Of a stretch of 64,000 nt of DNA, positions 11,361 through 22,589 are shown piece after piece. The DNA is taken from contig OZ024742.1 of NCBI GenBank assembly GCA_964016885.1, positions 10,106,001 through 10,170,000 on the forward strand. The letters are read 5' to 3'. The DNA comes from Eledone cirrhosa. Lineage: Eukaryota. Both the position numbers and the translations under genes were made by a program. The notes beneath the pieces are model-generated. The model searched no databases. It was given only the letters and a program-made list of their open reading frames with translations, and was not told the origin of the DNA. The number at the start of each line of letters is the position of its first letter. The stretch's first letter is position 1.

Positions 11361-13278
11361 TCACTCACCCTTCGCCTCCTGGGGACCAGGCCGCACGATT
11401 TCCATGGGGGTGTTGGAGGGGTTGTCTGGATGGGTGGTGGTTTCCGGCGGGGTGGGGACGCAGATGTTTGGTGGGGTGGGGTCTGGTGGAATGGGGGTGT
11501 CTGGGGTGGGGAGGCATTTGAGAAGGACGCGGTTGAGTGGTTTCACGCAGGAATTCCCCACATCCTTCTCAAATGTTTCTTTTAGGGACCTATAAGTTTG
11601 TATAGGGACCCTAATCAGTTTTAGGTTCATTTTTTTGCTATTTTTTATAGAGTGGGCGAAAGTTTTCCCTTCGGTTTCCACCGAAGGGTCGTTCGTGATG
11701 GTCTCCATTAGTGTTTTGTTTTCAGTGTTTATGTAAGTGTAAGTGTAATTTTCTTGTGTTGTGTTTGTTTTTGTCTGTAGTTCTTGTGTGTGCTTTCGTT
11801 TTGTTGTAGGTATTTTGTTTTCAGGAGGTGGGGGTTTTGTTTGTGATATTTTTGTTGTTTGTGTTGGTGGTTGTATGTTTGTGGTAGTGTGTGCTGGTTT
11901 TTTGCTTTTGTGATGTCTTTTCTTTCTTTTCGAGCGATGGGGTTCTCCCTCGTCTTCACTGGGTGATGGCGAGATAGCCTCATCTGTTGTATCGTCTGTG
12001 TGATTGGGGAGGGGTATGTCTTGGGGAGCTGTTGTGTCTGTATGTGATTTTGCAGTGGTTTTAGGTGGAGTGAGGTTGGGTGGGACTGTGTTTGTTGTGG
12101 TTATTTTTGTGTGTTGGTGTTGTTGTTGTAGTGGTGGTGTTGGTGGTTGTGTTGTTTTGATGGGTGTTGGCAGAAGAGCCTTTTTTTGGTTCATTAGTTT
12201 AGGACAGGAAGCCCTCAGGTGACCCCTGCTAAAGCAATGGTAACATGAAGGCCGCCTACCCTCAACCGAAAGGTTTATGTAGGTAAGTCCGTCCAGGAGT
12301 ACACGCTGTGGGATCATAGCTATTCGCTCTGGGCTCATTTGCACCAGAACTTCAATGCTAGTCCCATTGAATACATCTCTGGGGGACTTGCCTACTGACA
12401 GTATTCTGTCTTCATCAAAATTGATGAAGCCGCACAGTATCCACCATATGTTCACCTTTGGTGTGACACTTGTGATTCTGATCTTTTGTGTCCTTTTTCC
12501 CATGTATGTAGGGAAAAAGGTGTACAGGTTGGATACAATTGGCGACACAGAGTAATTTTGGGCCGTCAATTGATCCTTCATCAGTACCGAAATACTCCCA
12601 AAAAGTTTGCTTCTTTGAATGAATGCAATATCATTCATTGAATCTTTGAAAACCAGTTCAATATCTTTCTGTGACAATTGGACTGGTTTTCGGGTAGAAT
12701 TGGAAACTGTCCTAAAAACTATCGTTTTGAGAGCAGTTTCCTTGCGAATTTCTACCGGAGAATTGATGCTGAAAGCACCATTTTTTTTCGAAGGTGACAT
12801 ATCTCTTAGCGTCCTTTAAAAGGTGTTCAGCATTTGTTATGTCGAGATATATCAATTGTTCTTTCTTTTGAACTTTCTCCGCAAAGGAGATTTTTGGTTT
12901 CTTTGTGGAATCCGTATTGGTGGTGTTGTCATTATTGTTGTTATTCTTGTTGTTATTCTTGTTGTCACCGATGTTGGTATCATCCGTATTTTCCTTGGTG
13001 TTGTTGTTGTCTTTGATGTTGGTGTTATTGGCGTTGTCTTTATTTTTTTCTTTGTTGTTGTTATCATTGTTGCTTTTATCATCATTATTGGTTTTGCTGT
13101 TATTTTTGTTGTCATTGAGCTGTTTGGTGTCATTTGTGTTGTTTGGATGTGAATTCGTTTTTTTATTTTCATTTTGTCTTTCCATCTCTATAGTATCTAG
13201 TGAAGAAGACGTTGTTGACTGCGAGCTTTGTAGTCTTACCGCCTCTCCACCACCATTATCGTTGGACGCAGCGTTCAT
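11361..13278 (-). CDS. ORF1 (gag-like CCHC zinc-knuckle protein), split by a +1 frameshift at an A8 run near 12781-12788
   Basis: ORFs 12712..13278 and 11361..12800 overlap in +1 frame; removing one A from GAAAAAAAAT joins ...YVTFEK to NGAFSINS... giving ~638 aa; CYHCFSRGHLRASC = CX2CX4HX4C. Confidence 0.8.
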
Positions 13279-13521
13279 AACGTAATCAAAATTTTACAAT
13301 ATTTTTTCCAAGATTCGATGGAGAAAAATTTTTTAAATGGATATTCCGCCCCTGAAGGGGCGAAAATGAGTTGACCCACCACCTGAAGGTCCAGACGGGT
13401 GGTCAAGTTACACAATGATATAAAATTGAACTAAAAACTCACGTTTTTTCCTTACATAAATTAACGGAAACTTCTCCGCGAAGTGACACACCACTGATAG
13501 AGAGAGAGATAGATAGATATA

Positions 13522-13900
13522 TTTCTTTATTAGCCACAGGGGCACAAAAGAAGGGGACAAATACAAAGGGGGAAGTTTACATACAATAAAAACGTGTAAA
13601 ATGTTATCACAGATGGAATTTAAAAGTTAGTCGATTTTCCCCAATAGAGGGAGACAGTTTATATGGGTAACACAGACCCCCGAAAAAAATGTGCAACCCT
13701 CATCTCCAGGAGTACGAAGAGCTTGTACTCCTTTCCTCTCCTCCTCCTTTTCCTCAACCTACAGGCTGATATAGAGAGAAGGCCCATTCACTCGGGCCAT
13801 TCTCGCCACTTTCACCCACCTTTCATAAAACTTGCTGGGGTACAGCACCTCTCTCTCCATCCTGATTCTTCTTCCAAAGTGGTATTTGAAAAAAAGAATC

Positions 13901-13902
<2 letters not shown>
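13522..13902 (-). mobile_element. Short 3' fragment (~380 bp) of Tx1 subfamily 1 between GATA tracts
   Basis: Matches 7652-8033 with a few substitutions; followed by (AGAT)n at 13901-13932. Confidence 0.9.
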
Positions 13903-13932
<30 letters not shown>

Positions 13933-13935
13933 GTG

Positions 13936-16900
13936 TTTCTTTTATTTGCCACTAGGGCATCAAAAGTGGGACAAGTACAAAGGGGGGAGTTTACACAAAA
14001 AGGCGTCCTCAATAAGGAGGAGGCAATAACAAAATATAAAAATAAAATAAGATATAACAAAAAATAAAATTTTTAACAAAATCCTCAATAGAGAGGAGGC
14101 GCCTTGGGGGGTCGCACACACCCCCGAAAAAAGTGTGCAACCCTTCTCCTCAGGAGCACAGAGAAGGGGTGCTCCCTTGGTCTTTCATCTTCCTCACCTA
14201 TAGTCTGATGTAGAGTGAAGGCCCATTCACACGGGCCATTCTCGCCACTTTCACCCATCTTTCATAGAAACGGCTGGGGTGCAGCACCTCTCTCGCCATC
14301 CTGATCCTTCTTCCGAAATGATATCGGAAGAAACGGACCAGTTGTTGGCCAGAGAGAAAGGTGCCTGACCTCAGTCCTTTCAGACGCGTCCACCATACAA
14401 CCTCTTTCGCCATGGCTATTACGCACAGAAACACCGCCTCTGCTTCATCTTTGAAGGGGGGAGGCGGCTTGATCATTACAATAGACTCGGTGGTCAACCG
14501 GATCGGTCCCACCCTTGACAGCAGTTGTTCGACATAGCCCCACAGATCGGCTACGCCCGAGCAGTGTACCAATGCGTGTGCAACGGTTTCCTCGTCGCAC
14601 ACGCATCTGGGACAGATCTTTTTGGCGGGGTCCCTACCCGGGCGCCCGTGTCTGTAGAGCCTTTCTCGAACGGGTAAAGCCCCTCGGTAGCACTGCCAGG
14701 CCAGGGACTTCTGGAAGTTGTCCATAGGTCCCGGGCTGAATGTCCTACCGAACAGGCTGGCCAGTTCGTCCTCCTCCATGTCTAGGGCTTCTCCGAGGGC
14801 GTCGTCGCACCTGCTGCGTACCAGCCCTCTATAGAATGTTGCGGTGGAGTCTCCACTGATAACCGGATCCGCCTGCCAGAGGGCGGTGAGCGCCTGGGCA
14901 CACTCAGTGTGCCAGGCGCCCAGTTTTCTCGGTCTTTGCTTGACCCAGGATTGCAGCTCGGTGAGTGAGACGAGTCTGGGAAAGGTTCGTCTCACAAACG
15001 AGGCCCACACCGGTTGTCCGGTGAGGAATACGTAGAGGTGCCGTAGCCTTAATGCGTGTTTACGCATCATTAGCCACGGCATCCCCAGCCCTCCTTTCGA
15101 AGGGTGTTGACAGCAGATGGATCTCCTCACCATAGGAGCCCGCCTCTTCCAAAGGAATTGGAAGAGCGCGCGCTCCATCTTGGTGAGGGTTTCCCTTGGG
15201 CAGGGCACTACGGTCAGGCGGTAGTAGATGACGGACGCTATGTAGGTGTTCGCCAGCTCCGCCCGACCTTTCAGGGATAGTTTGCAACTGGCCACTTCTG
15301 GGTCAGTGCAAACACCCTGTTCGTAACCTCCGCCCAGTTTTTCTCCACCTGGAGGTCCGGTCCGAACCAGACCCCGAGCAACTTCACCGGGCCCTCCGTC
15401 CTGCGTCCGACGACGCCATCGGAGGGCATCGGTCTGCCCCTCCACGTGCCGAGTTGCAAACCGATCGACTTGTCCCGGTTCAGCTTAGCCCCTGTGAACT
15501 TTTCGTACTCCTCCAGTAAGGTGCGGACCGCCTCGATTTCGGAGGCCGTCGACACCATTACTGTCACGTCATCGGCGTAGGCCGACACCGCTTTCCGCAA
15601 TCCCGGTTCCAAAGGGATGCCCTGCAACAACTCCAACTTCCGCAGTAGTGGCTCGAGAGTCAACACATACAGAAGGGAGGAGAGAGGGCACCCTTGTCGG
15701 ATGGACCGCGCGATTTTGAACGGCTCCGAGAGGTAGCCGTTCACCTTGACCCTAGAGCAGATGCGGCTGCTGTGCATAGCAGTGATCCAGCCCCTGAAAA
15801 CGGGTCCGAAGCCTGCCGCCGCTAGCACCGCATCCAGGTAACCATGGTCGACCCTATCGAACGCCTTAGATTGATCCAAGTTGATCAGAGCCCCACCAAA
15901 GCCGGGTTCGTTCCCAACCCTCTCTATGATGTATCGCATGAGGTGGAGGTTGTCATGGATGGACCTGGACGGGATAGCGCATGTCTGCGCATCTCCCACC
16001 AGGTTGCCCACGACAAGCGCCAACCTCTTTGCTAGCACCTTGGCCAAAATCTGTAACTCTGTATTTAGCAGTGTTATGGGCCTGAAGTTACTTATTTCGT
16101 CCCCCTTGTTCTCGTCCTACCTCACTAGCGTGACTACGCCCTTGGTCACAGTACAGGGAATTCTCCCGTTCTGTTGCCAGTTGCAGTAGACCGCCTCGAG
16201 GAGATCGGGGAACAAGTCCGGCATAGCTAGATATAATTCGTAAGGAAGACCATCGAGACCCGGGGATTTGCGTTTGCCGCATTGGCTCAGCACGTCCTCT
16301 ATCTCAGCGGCCGAAATCGGCTCCTCGCAGGACTTCGCCTCCCTGTCCGAGAGGCGCGGCAGGCCGTCGAGGTATGGACCGAAGTCCACGTTCCCAACCG
16401 GCTCCCCGCCCCTCCCGAACAGTCGGGCAAAATGCCTTTGAAAGGCCTCACACATCTGCTTAGGCTCAAGAATCGCCCGTCCATCCAGGTCTCTCAAAGA
16501 CCGGATGGTGGATTTAGTTCCACTGTTGGCCTCTGTCACGCGGGCCCAGCTAACAGCTTTGGTCCCCTCGTTCCCTAGAGCACGTATTTTACTTCGGACA
16601 ACGCAGCCTTCGTGCTTCGCGTCGAAAAACTGGCTCAAAGCCGTTCTCGACGCTAGCACTCTGGCCACGTCGCCGCTTCTAATTGCCTCTTCTACTCTAT
16701 CTATTAGCTCCCTTTCCTTCCTATTCCTATCCGCAGCTAGAACCTTACTAAATTCTATCGAGACTACTCTAATCTCTCTCTTTAGAGATACCCACCACCT
16801 GCTGTTGACGATCGCTCCAGTCAACCGTTCCTTAACTAACGTACTAATCCGATTCCTGTAGGCTCTACTTGCCGGCAAGGACAAGTTGAGCTTCCAGTAA

Positions 16901-18940
16901 CCGGGGCCCTGTCGATGAGTTCTGTCAAGGTTGACCATGCAGGTCACTAATTTGTGGTCTGAATAGCCAACCATGCGCATTTTTGGACAACTTAAAAAGT
17001 CCTTATCCTTAATTCTAACTAAGAACCTATCTAGGTACGACCTAGATGATCCGCTACGATTTGCCCAAGTCCAGGTAGGCGCAGTCGGAAAATCTAGTCG
17101 ATATCTATCGGCCAGGTCAAATCGACCGATTAACCCTTTGAGGCTATTACACCCCTCTCTATCGGGGCAGGCCCCTACGTAGTCCCAGCGTGCATCTAAC
17201 ATACCATTCCAGTCCGCCACTAATAGCAAGGAGCGGAACGTCCCTAGAAAAGTCTCCAGACGATGGAAGAAGTCCGGCCGCATTGACCCGAAAGGGCCGT
17301 AGGCGGCTACCAACCTAAACGCTCCGCCTTTATCACTGCCAAGGTCCAGAACCACTAGTCGACCCTCCGGGTCCAAATGTACCATCTGTGTTGCGAGACC
17401 CAGATGTTTTTGCAGCAGAACGACAACTCCACCCCCACCTTTGATGACTTTGAGATGCGTGCATCTCAAAGTCATCAAAGGTGGGGGCCAGCTGTCGCAC
17501 GTTGCTGATCCGGGCCTCGCAAATAACCATCACATCTATACGTTGTGACCTGAGGTCATTTAGAAGCATTGCTTGCTTCCAAGTTGAGCCCAGGCCACGC
17601 GCATTTAAACAGCCTACTCTTAGCATAGCCATGTTGGTGGTGAAGAGAAAAGGCACTTACCTCTCTGCGTCCCGGGTATCGGGCTGCACAATTTCCATTA
17701 GGGTGGGGGATGGGTTGTTGGGTGGGGTGGTGGTTTGTGGAAGTGTGGGGGCATCAGTGTGTTGTGTGGTTGGGGAGCTTGGAGTTGTGTGGGTGTTTGG
17801 GGAGGGGGTGGGATAGTTTTTTAGGAGGACGCGGTTAATGGGCCCGACGCAGGGGGGACCCACGTCCTCTTTAAAATTGTTTTTTAAAGTTTTATAGGTG
17901 TCCTGTGGGGCCTTAATCATTTTGAGGTGGGGGAAATCCCCTGCCTGGGTGAAGTTAGGCCCTTGTGTTTTTATTAGATTGTTGTTGTACACAATGTTTA
18001 ACAGCTTTTTGTTTCTTGTGTTTATGTATGTGTATGCATGTTTTTGTTTTTGTGTGGTGTTTTTTGTTTGCTGTTGTTGTGAGCTCTTTTGTGTTGGTGT
18101 CAGTGTTATGTTTTGGGGAGAGGTTTTTTTCATTTGTGTGTCTGAGGTGTGTTTTCTTTTTTTTCTTTTGATTGTGTGGAAGTGCTCCTCCTCGTCTGAC
18201 GACGAACTAGGGTCATCTTCTGCGTTGGAGGGTAGGGGTATATTTTAGGGTTGTGTTTGCGGTACGGGTGTTTTGGAAATTGTTTTTGTTTTTTGAGTGG
18301 AGGGGATGGGTTGGACATTGTTTTGTTTTGGTTTGAGCTGTGGTGGTTGTTTTTGTAGTGGTAGTTGTGGTGATTGTGTTGGTTGTGCAGTTGTTGGTGG
18401 TGTAGGCAGGATTGGGGTTTTCTTATTAAGTTGGGGACAGACAGCCCTCAGGTGACCTCTGGTTCCGCAGAGGTAACATGAGGGCCGTCTACCCTCAACG
18501 GTAATGTTGATGAAGGTTAGATCATCCAGTATGACGCGTTCAGGGATCTGGGCGATCCTTTCGGGCCTCATTTGAACTACAAGTTCGAGGCTCGTTCCAC
18601 TGAACGCGTCACCCGATGCCTTTCCCATGGACACCAGCATGTCATCCTCCAGGTCCAGAAAACCTGTCAAAACCCACCATATGTCCATAATCGGCAAGAT
18701 GGTGTGGATTTTTATTTTTTGTGTTCTTCTACCCATGTACGTAGGGTAGAAGGTGTATGCGGTGGATGTGATTGGTTTGATGGACAGTTTCACTGCTGTG
18801 TCCCTGTCCTTCATGAGAATGGATAGACTCCCGTAGAGTCTATCCTTCTGAATGAAGGTAATGTCCTTCATGACGTCTTTTAAAACCAGCTCTATCTCGC
18901 TCTGTGATGGTTGAGCTGGTTTTTTACTTTTGTTCGAGAT
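13936..18940 (-). mobile_element. Diverged Tx1 subfamily 2 copy, truncated within ORF1, ORF2 disrupted
   Basis: ORF2 pieces 14198..15445, 15271..16047, 16117..17478 and ATG at 17632 (MAMLRVGCLNARGL); ORF1 pieces 17657..18940 with CYLCGTRGHLRAVC; (GATA)n on both sides. Confidence 0.92.
14198..17632 (-). pseudogene. Disrupted ORF2 (APE-RT-ZnF) of subfamily 2
   Basis: Colinear with the 1145-aa ORF2 but with frameshifts near 17445 and 15290 and an in-frame stop at 16117. Confidence 0.88.
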
Positions 18941-18986
<46 letters not shown>

Positions 18987-19020
18987 TATATGTTTCTAGA
19001 CAGATAGACAGATAGATATG

Positions 19021-19857
19021 TTTCTTTATTAGCCAAAGGGGCACAAATAAAGGGGACAAATACAAAGGGGGAAGTTGACATACAATAAAAATGTGTAAAA
19101 TATTATCACAAATGCAATTTAAAAAACAATCGATTTTCCTCAATAGGGGGAGACATTACAAATGGGTAACACATACCCCCGAAATAATGTGCAACCCTCA
19201 TCTCCAGGAGTACGAAAAGTGCGTACCCTATCCTCTCTTCCATTCTCGCCACTTTCACCCACCTTTCATAAAACTTGCTGGGGTACAGCACCTCTCTCTC
19301 CATCCTGATTCTTCTTCCAAAGTGGTATTTTAAAAAAAGAATCAGTTGTTGGCCGGAGAGAAAGGTGTCTGACCTCAGCCCTTTAACCAATCGTCCACCA
19401 TACAACCTCTTTCGCCATAGCTATCACACAAAGGAAAACCGCATCTCCTTCATTTTTCAAGGAGGGTGGCGGTTTGATCATGACAATTGACTCGGTGGTC
19501 AACTGTATTGGTCCCACCCGCGACAATAGTCGTTCTATATAGCTCCACAGGTCGGTAACGCCCGGGCAGTGTACGAATGCGTGCACGACGGTTTCTTCGT
19601 CTCGCACGCATCTCGGACAGATCTTTTTTTGAAGGGTCCCTGCCCGGGAGCCCGTGTCTGTAGAGTTTGTCTCGAACTGGTAGAGCTTCTCGGTAGCACT
19701 GCCAGGCCAGGGACTTTTGGAAGTTGTCCATCGGTCTCATGCGGAAGGTCCTACCGAACAGACTGGCCAGTTCGTCCTCCTCTACGCCTTGAGTTTCTCC
19801 GAGCGAGTCGTCGCACTTGCTGCGGACCAACCCTCTATACAATGTCGAAGTGGAGTC
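19021..19857 (-). mobile_element. Older 3' fragment of a subfamily-1-like Tx1 copy with an internal deletion
   Basis: Same 3' UTR end, ORF2 C-terminal remnants (CYREALPVRDKLYRH); deletion across the stop region near 19240; flanked by GATA/GACA repeats. Confidence 0.85.
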
Positions 19858-20095
19858 AGATAGACAGACAGACAGAAAGGTAGATAGAGAGGTAGACAGA
19901 CAAACAGAGACAGACAGACAGAAAAACAGAGATAGATAGATATGTAGGTAGATAGACAGATAAGCAGAGAGGTTGAGTGGTAGATAGGTATGTAGGTAGG
20001 CTGATTGGTAAGTAGGTAAGTAGGTAGGTAAGTAGGTAGGTAGGTAGAGAGGTAGGTAGGTTGGTAGGTGGGTAGGCAGGTAGGTATGTAGAAAG
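19858..20095. repeat. Degenerate (GATA/GACA/GGTA)n tract closing the Tx1 stack
   Basis: Tetranucleotide repeats visible directly. Confidence 0.85.
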
Positions 20096-20100
20096 GTTAT

Positions 20101-20706
20101 GTCAGGTCACCAGTTGGTGCTACTGTTAACATGTATTCCAGTACAACCTGTCTCATGGTCGGGTCCTTGGCGACTAAACTGGCAACCCCACCAAGGTTTC
20201 TTGGTGAGGAGGGTGACTTTGGACATCCTGCAGGACTAAAAACAAAACCTGTCAAAGGGCAAAGGAGCTCTTAAGAGTCAATGGTCATCCAAAATCACCG
20301 GGAGAGATGACCCCTTAGCCTTTGTCAAGGCAGAATTCTAGGAGAAGGAAAACTCTGATATAACACCTGCAACCCTGATGGTATCCAATGATGTTGACTT
20401 GTTCTTCTTTTTGGTAAATATCATCTTGGTTAAGAGAGTGGGACTGGCTTTGTGCAGTGCCTTTGCTCACTATAAAAGCTTCACGGCACAGACATTGCTT
20501 TGTATCTGGAGATCTCTCTGCACTTGTCACATGATACCATGGGCCCAGCACTATGTGTCAATAATTGTCACAAGTGTAGTGTTTGTACCAGAGTTTTCAA
20601 GTCGCTGGCTGGACTAAAAAGTCACATTCGTTTAGCGCATCGGTAGGGGTTCTCCTACATGGATATAAAGTAGTGGCCGTACTCGAAAACGAGTTGGCAG
20701 CCACCA
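20101..20706 (+). mobile_element. ~605-bp non-autonomous RTE-derived (bipartite) repeat, copy 1
   Basis: Repeated at 21899-22506; 3' part encodes [26 protein letters not shown] (C2H2-type end seen in RTE ORFs), then an ACTCG-AAAA-CGAGT stem-loop and a simple-repeat tail. Confidence 0.65.
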
Positions 20707-21501
20707 TGTAGAAAGGTAGGTAGGGAGGTAGATAGCCAGTTAGGTATGTAGAAACTGATGCTGGTGCAGTCTATAATTGAAACCAATAGGAGAGTAACAT
20801 CTGTATGTGTTTGGTTTATCTAAAATTTAAAGTTTGACAGCTTTATATATTCCTGTTATATATAACAGAAGCCGTAATGAGATGCTTATTAACCAAGAAA
20901 GGCGTCCATGAAGGTGTTGTAAAGAAGGGAGGTAAGTGTGGGGGAGCAACGACTACATGAAGGTGTTGTAAAGAAGAGAGGTATGAGTGGCGGAGCAGCG
21001 ACTACATAATGGAAATTGATAGCGGAAATATATGATTATATACATTCGGAGCTAAACCTTGCCTCAATTCTTGCTTCCGTCAGTTTCCTCTGGTCAGGGG
21101 TTCTTCATAAATGAATAATATATAATGTTGCTTGCTTACACTGTAAGTTAGCTATCTGCTGCAAATGAGAAAATTTAGGGGTGTATGTATGTATGCATGT
21201 ATGTATATATGTAAGTATGTATTTATGTGTGTATGTATGTATGCATGTATCTATATATGTATGTAGGCATGTATGTGTGTGTATGGATGTATGTATGGAT
21301 ATATATAAATATGTCAGTATTTGTGTATCTATGGATATATGTAAGTATGTATGTATGTGTGTGTATTTATGTATGGGTGCATGTATGGATATATGTAAGT
21401 ATGTATGTGTGTATGTATGTATGCATGTATGTATGTAAGTATGTACGTATGTGTATGTATGTATGCATGTATGTATGTATACATGTATGTATATATGTAA
21501 G

Positions 21502-21673
21502 TACCATGGGCCCAGCACTATGTGTCAATAATTGTCACAAGTATAGTGTTTGTTCCAGAGTTTTCAAGTCGCTGGCTGGACTAAAAAGTCACACTCGTTC
21601 AGCGCATCGGTAGGGGTTCTCCTACATGGATATAAAGTAGTGGCCGTACTCGAAAACGAGTTGGCAGCCACCA
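21502..21673 (+). mobile_element. 5'-truncated copy of the RTE-derived repeat
   Basis: Same 3' ~170 bp ending GGCAGCCACCA + (TA)n. Confidence 0.7.
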
Positions 21674-21898
21674 TATATATATATATGTATATATGAGTAT
21701 ATATGTATGTATATATATAATTATGTATGTATATATATAAGTATGTATGTATATATATAAGTATATATGTATGTATATATATTAGTATATATGTATGGAT
21801 ATATATAAGTATGTATGTATATATAAGTATATATGTATGTATATATATAAGTATATATGTATGTATATGAGTATGTATGTATGTATATATGTATGTAT

Positions 21899-22507
21899 GT
21901 CAGGTCACCAGCTGGTGCTACTGGTAACATGTATCCCAGTACAACCTGTCTCATGGTCGGGTCGTTGGCGACTAAACTGGCAACCCCACCAAGGTTTCTT
22001 GGTGAGGAGGGTGACTTTGGACATCCTGCAGGACTAAAAACAAAACCTGTCAAAGGGCAAAGGAGCTCTTAAGAGTCAATGGCCATCCAAAATCACCGGG
22101 AGAGATGACCCCTTAGCCTTTGTCAAGGCAGAATTCTAGGAGAAGGAAAACTCTGATATAACACCTGCAACCCTGATTGTATCCAATGATGTTGACTTGT
22201 TCTTCTTTTTGGTAAATATCATCTTGGTTAAGAGAGTGGGACTGGCTTTGTGCAGTGCCTTTGTTCACTATAAAAGCTTCACGGCACAGGCATTGCTTTA
22301 TATCTGGAGATCTCTCTGCACTTGTCGTCACATGGTACCATGGGCCCAGCACTATGTGTCAATAATTGTCACAATTGTAGTGTTTGTGCCAGAGTTTTCA
22401 AGTCGCTGGCTGGACTAAAAAGTCACACTCGTTCAGCGCATCGGTAGGGGTTCTCCTACATGGATATAAAGTAGTGGCCGTACTCGAAAACGAGTTGGTA
22501 GCCACCA
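21899..22507 (+). mobile_element. RTE-derived repeat, full copy 2
   Basis: Colinear with 20101-20706; inside (TATG)n/(TA)n. Confidence 0.7.
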
Positions 22508-22589
22508 TATATATATATATATGTATGTATGTATATATATATGTATGTATGTATATATATTTGTATGTATGTATGTATGTATGTATATA

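Larger units (their letters stand above)
7652..13495 (-). mobile_element. Full-length Tx1/L1-group non-LTR retrotransposon (subfamily 1), ~5.84 kb, flanked by (GATA)n
   Basis: ~215-nt 5' UTR, ORF1 with CCHC knuckle, intact ORF2 (APE-RT-ZnF), ~240-nt 3' UTR ending ...GTGGCTAATAAAGAAA directly into (TCTA)n; GATA/GA repeat also at the 5' junction (13496-13521). Confidence 0.93.

Noticed and set aside
13345-13370. CTGAAGG..GAAA hammerhead-like word in the Tx1 5' UTR
   Set aside because: Antisense to the element, non-canonical core, and no stems I or III
21899-21985. HDV-like ribozyme at the 5' end of the RTE-derived repeat (CCAGT/ACTGG, GTCG-TTGG-CGAC, CTAA)
   Set aside because: P2-, P4- and J4/2-like pieces are present, but I could not build convincing P1 and P3 helices by hand; a descriptor search is needed
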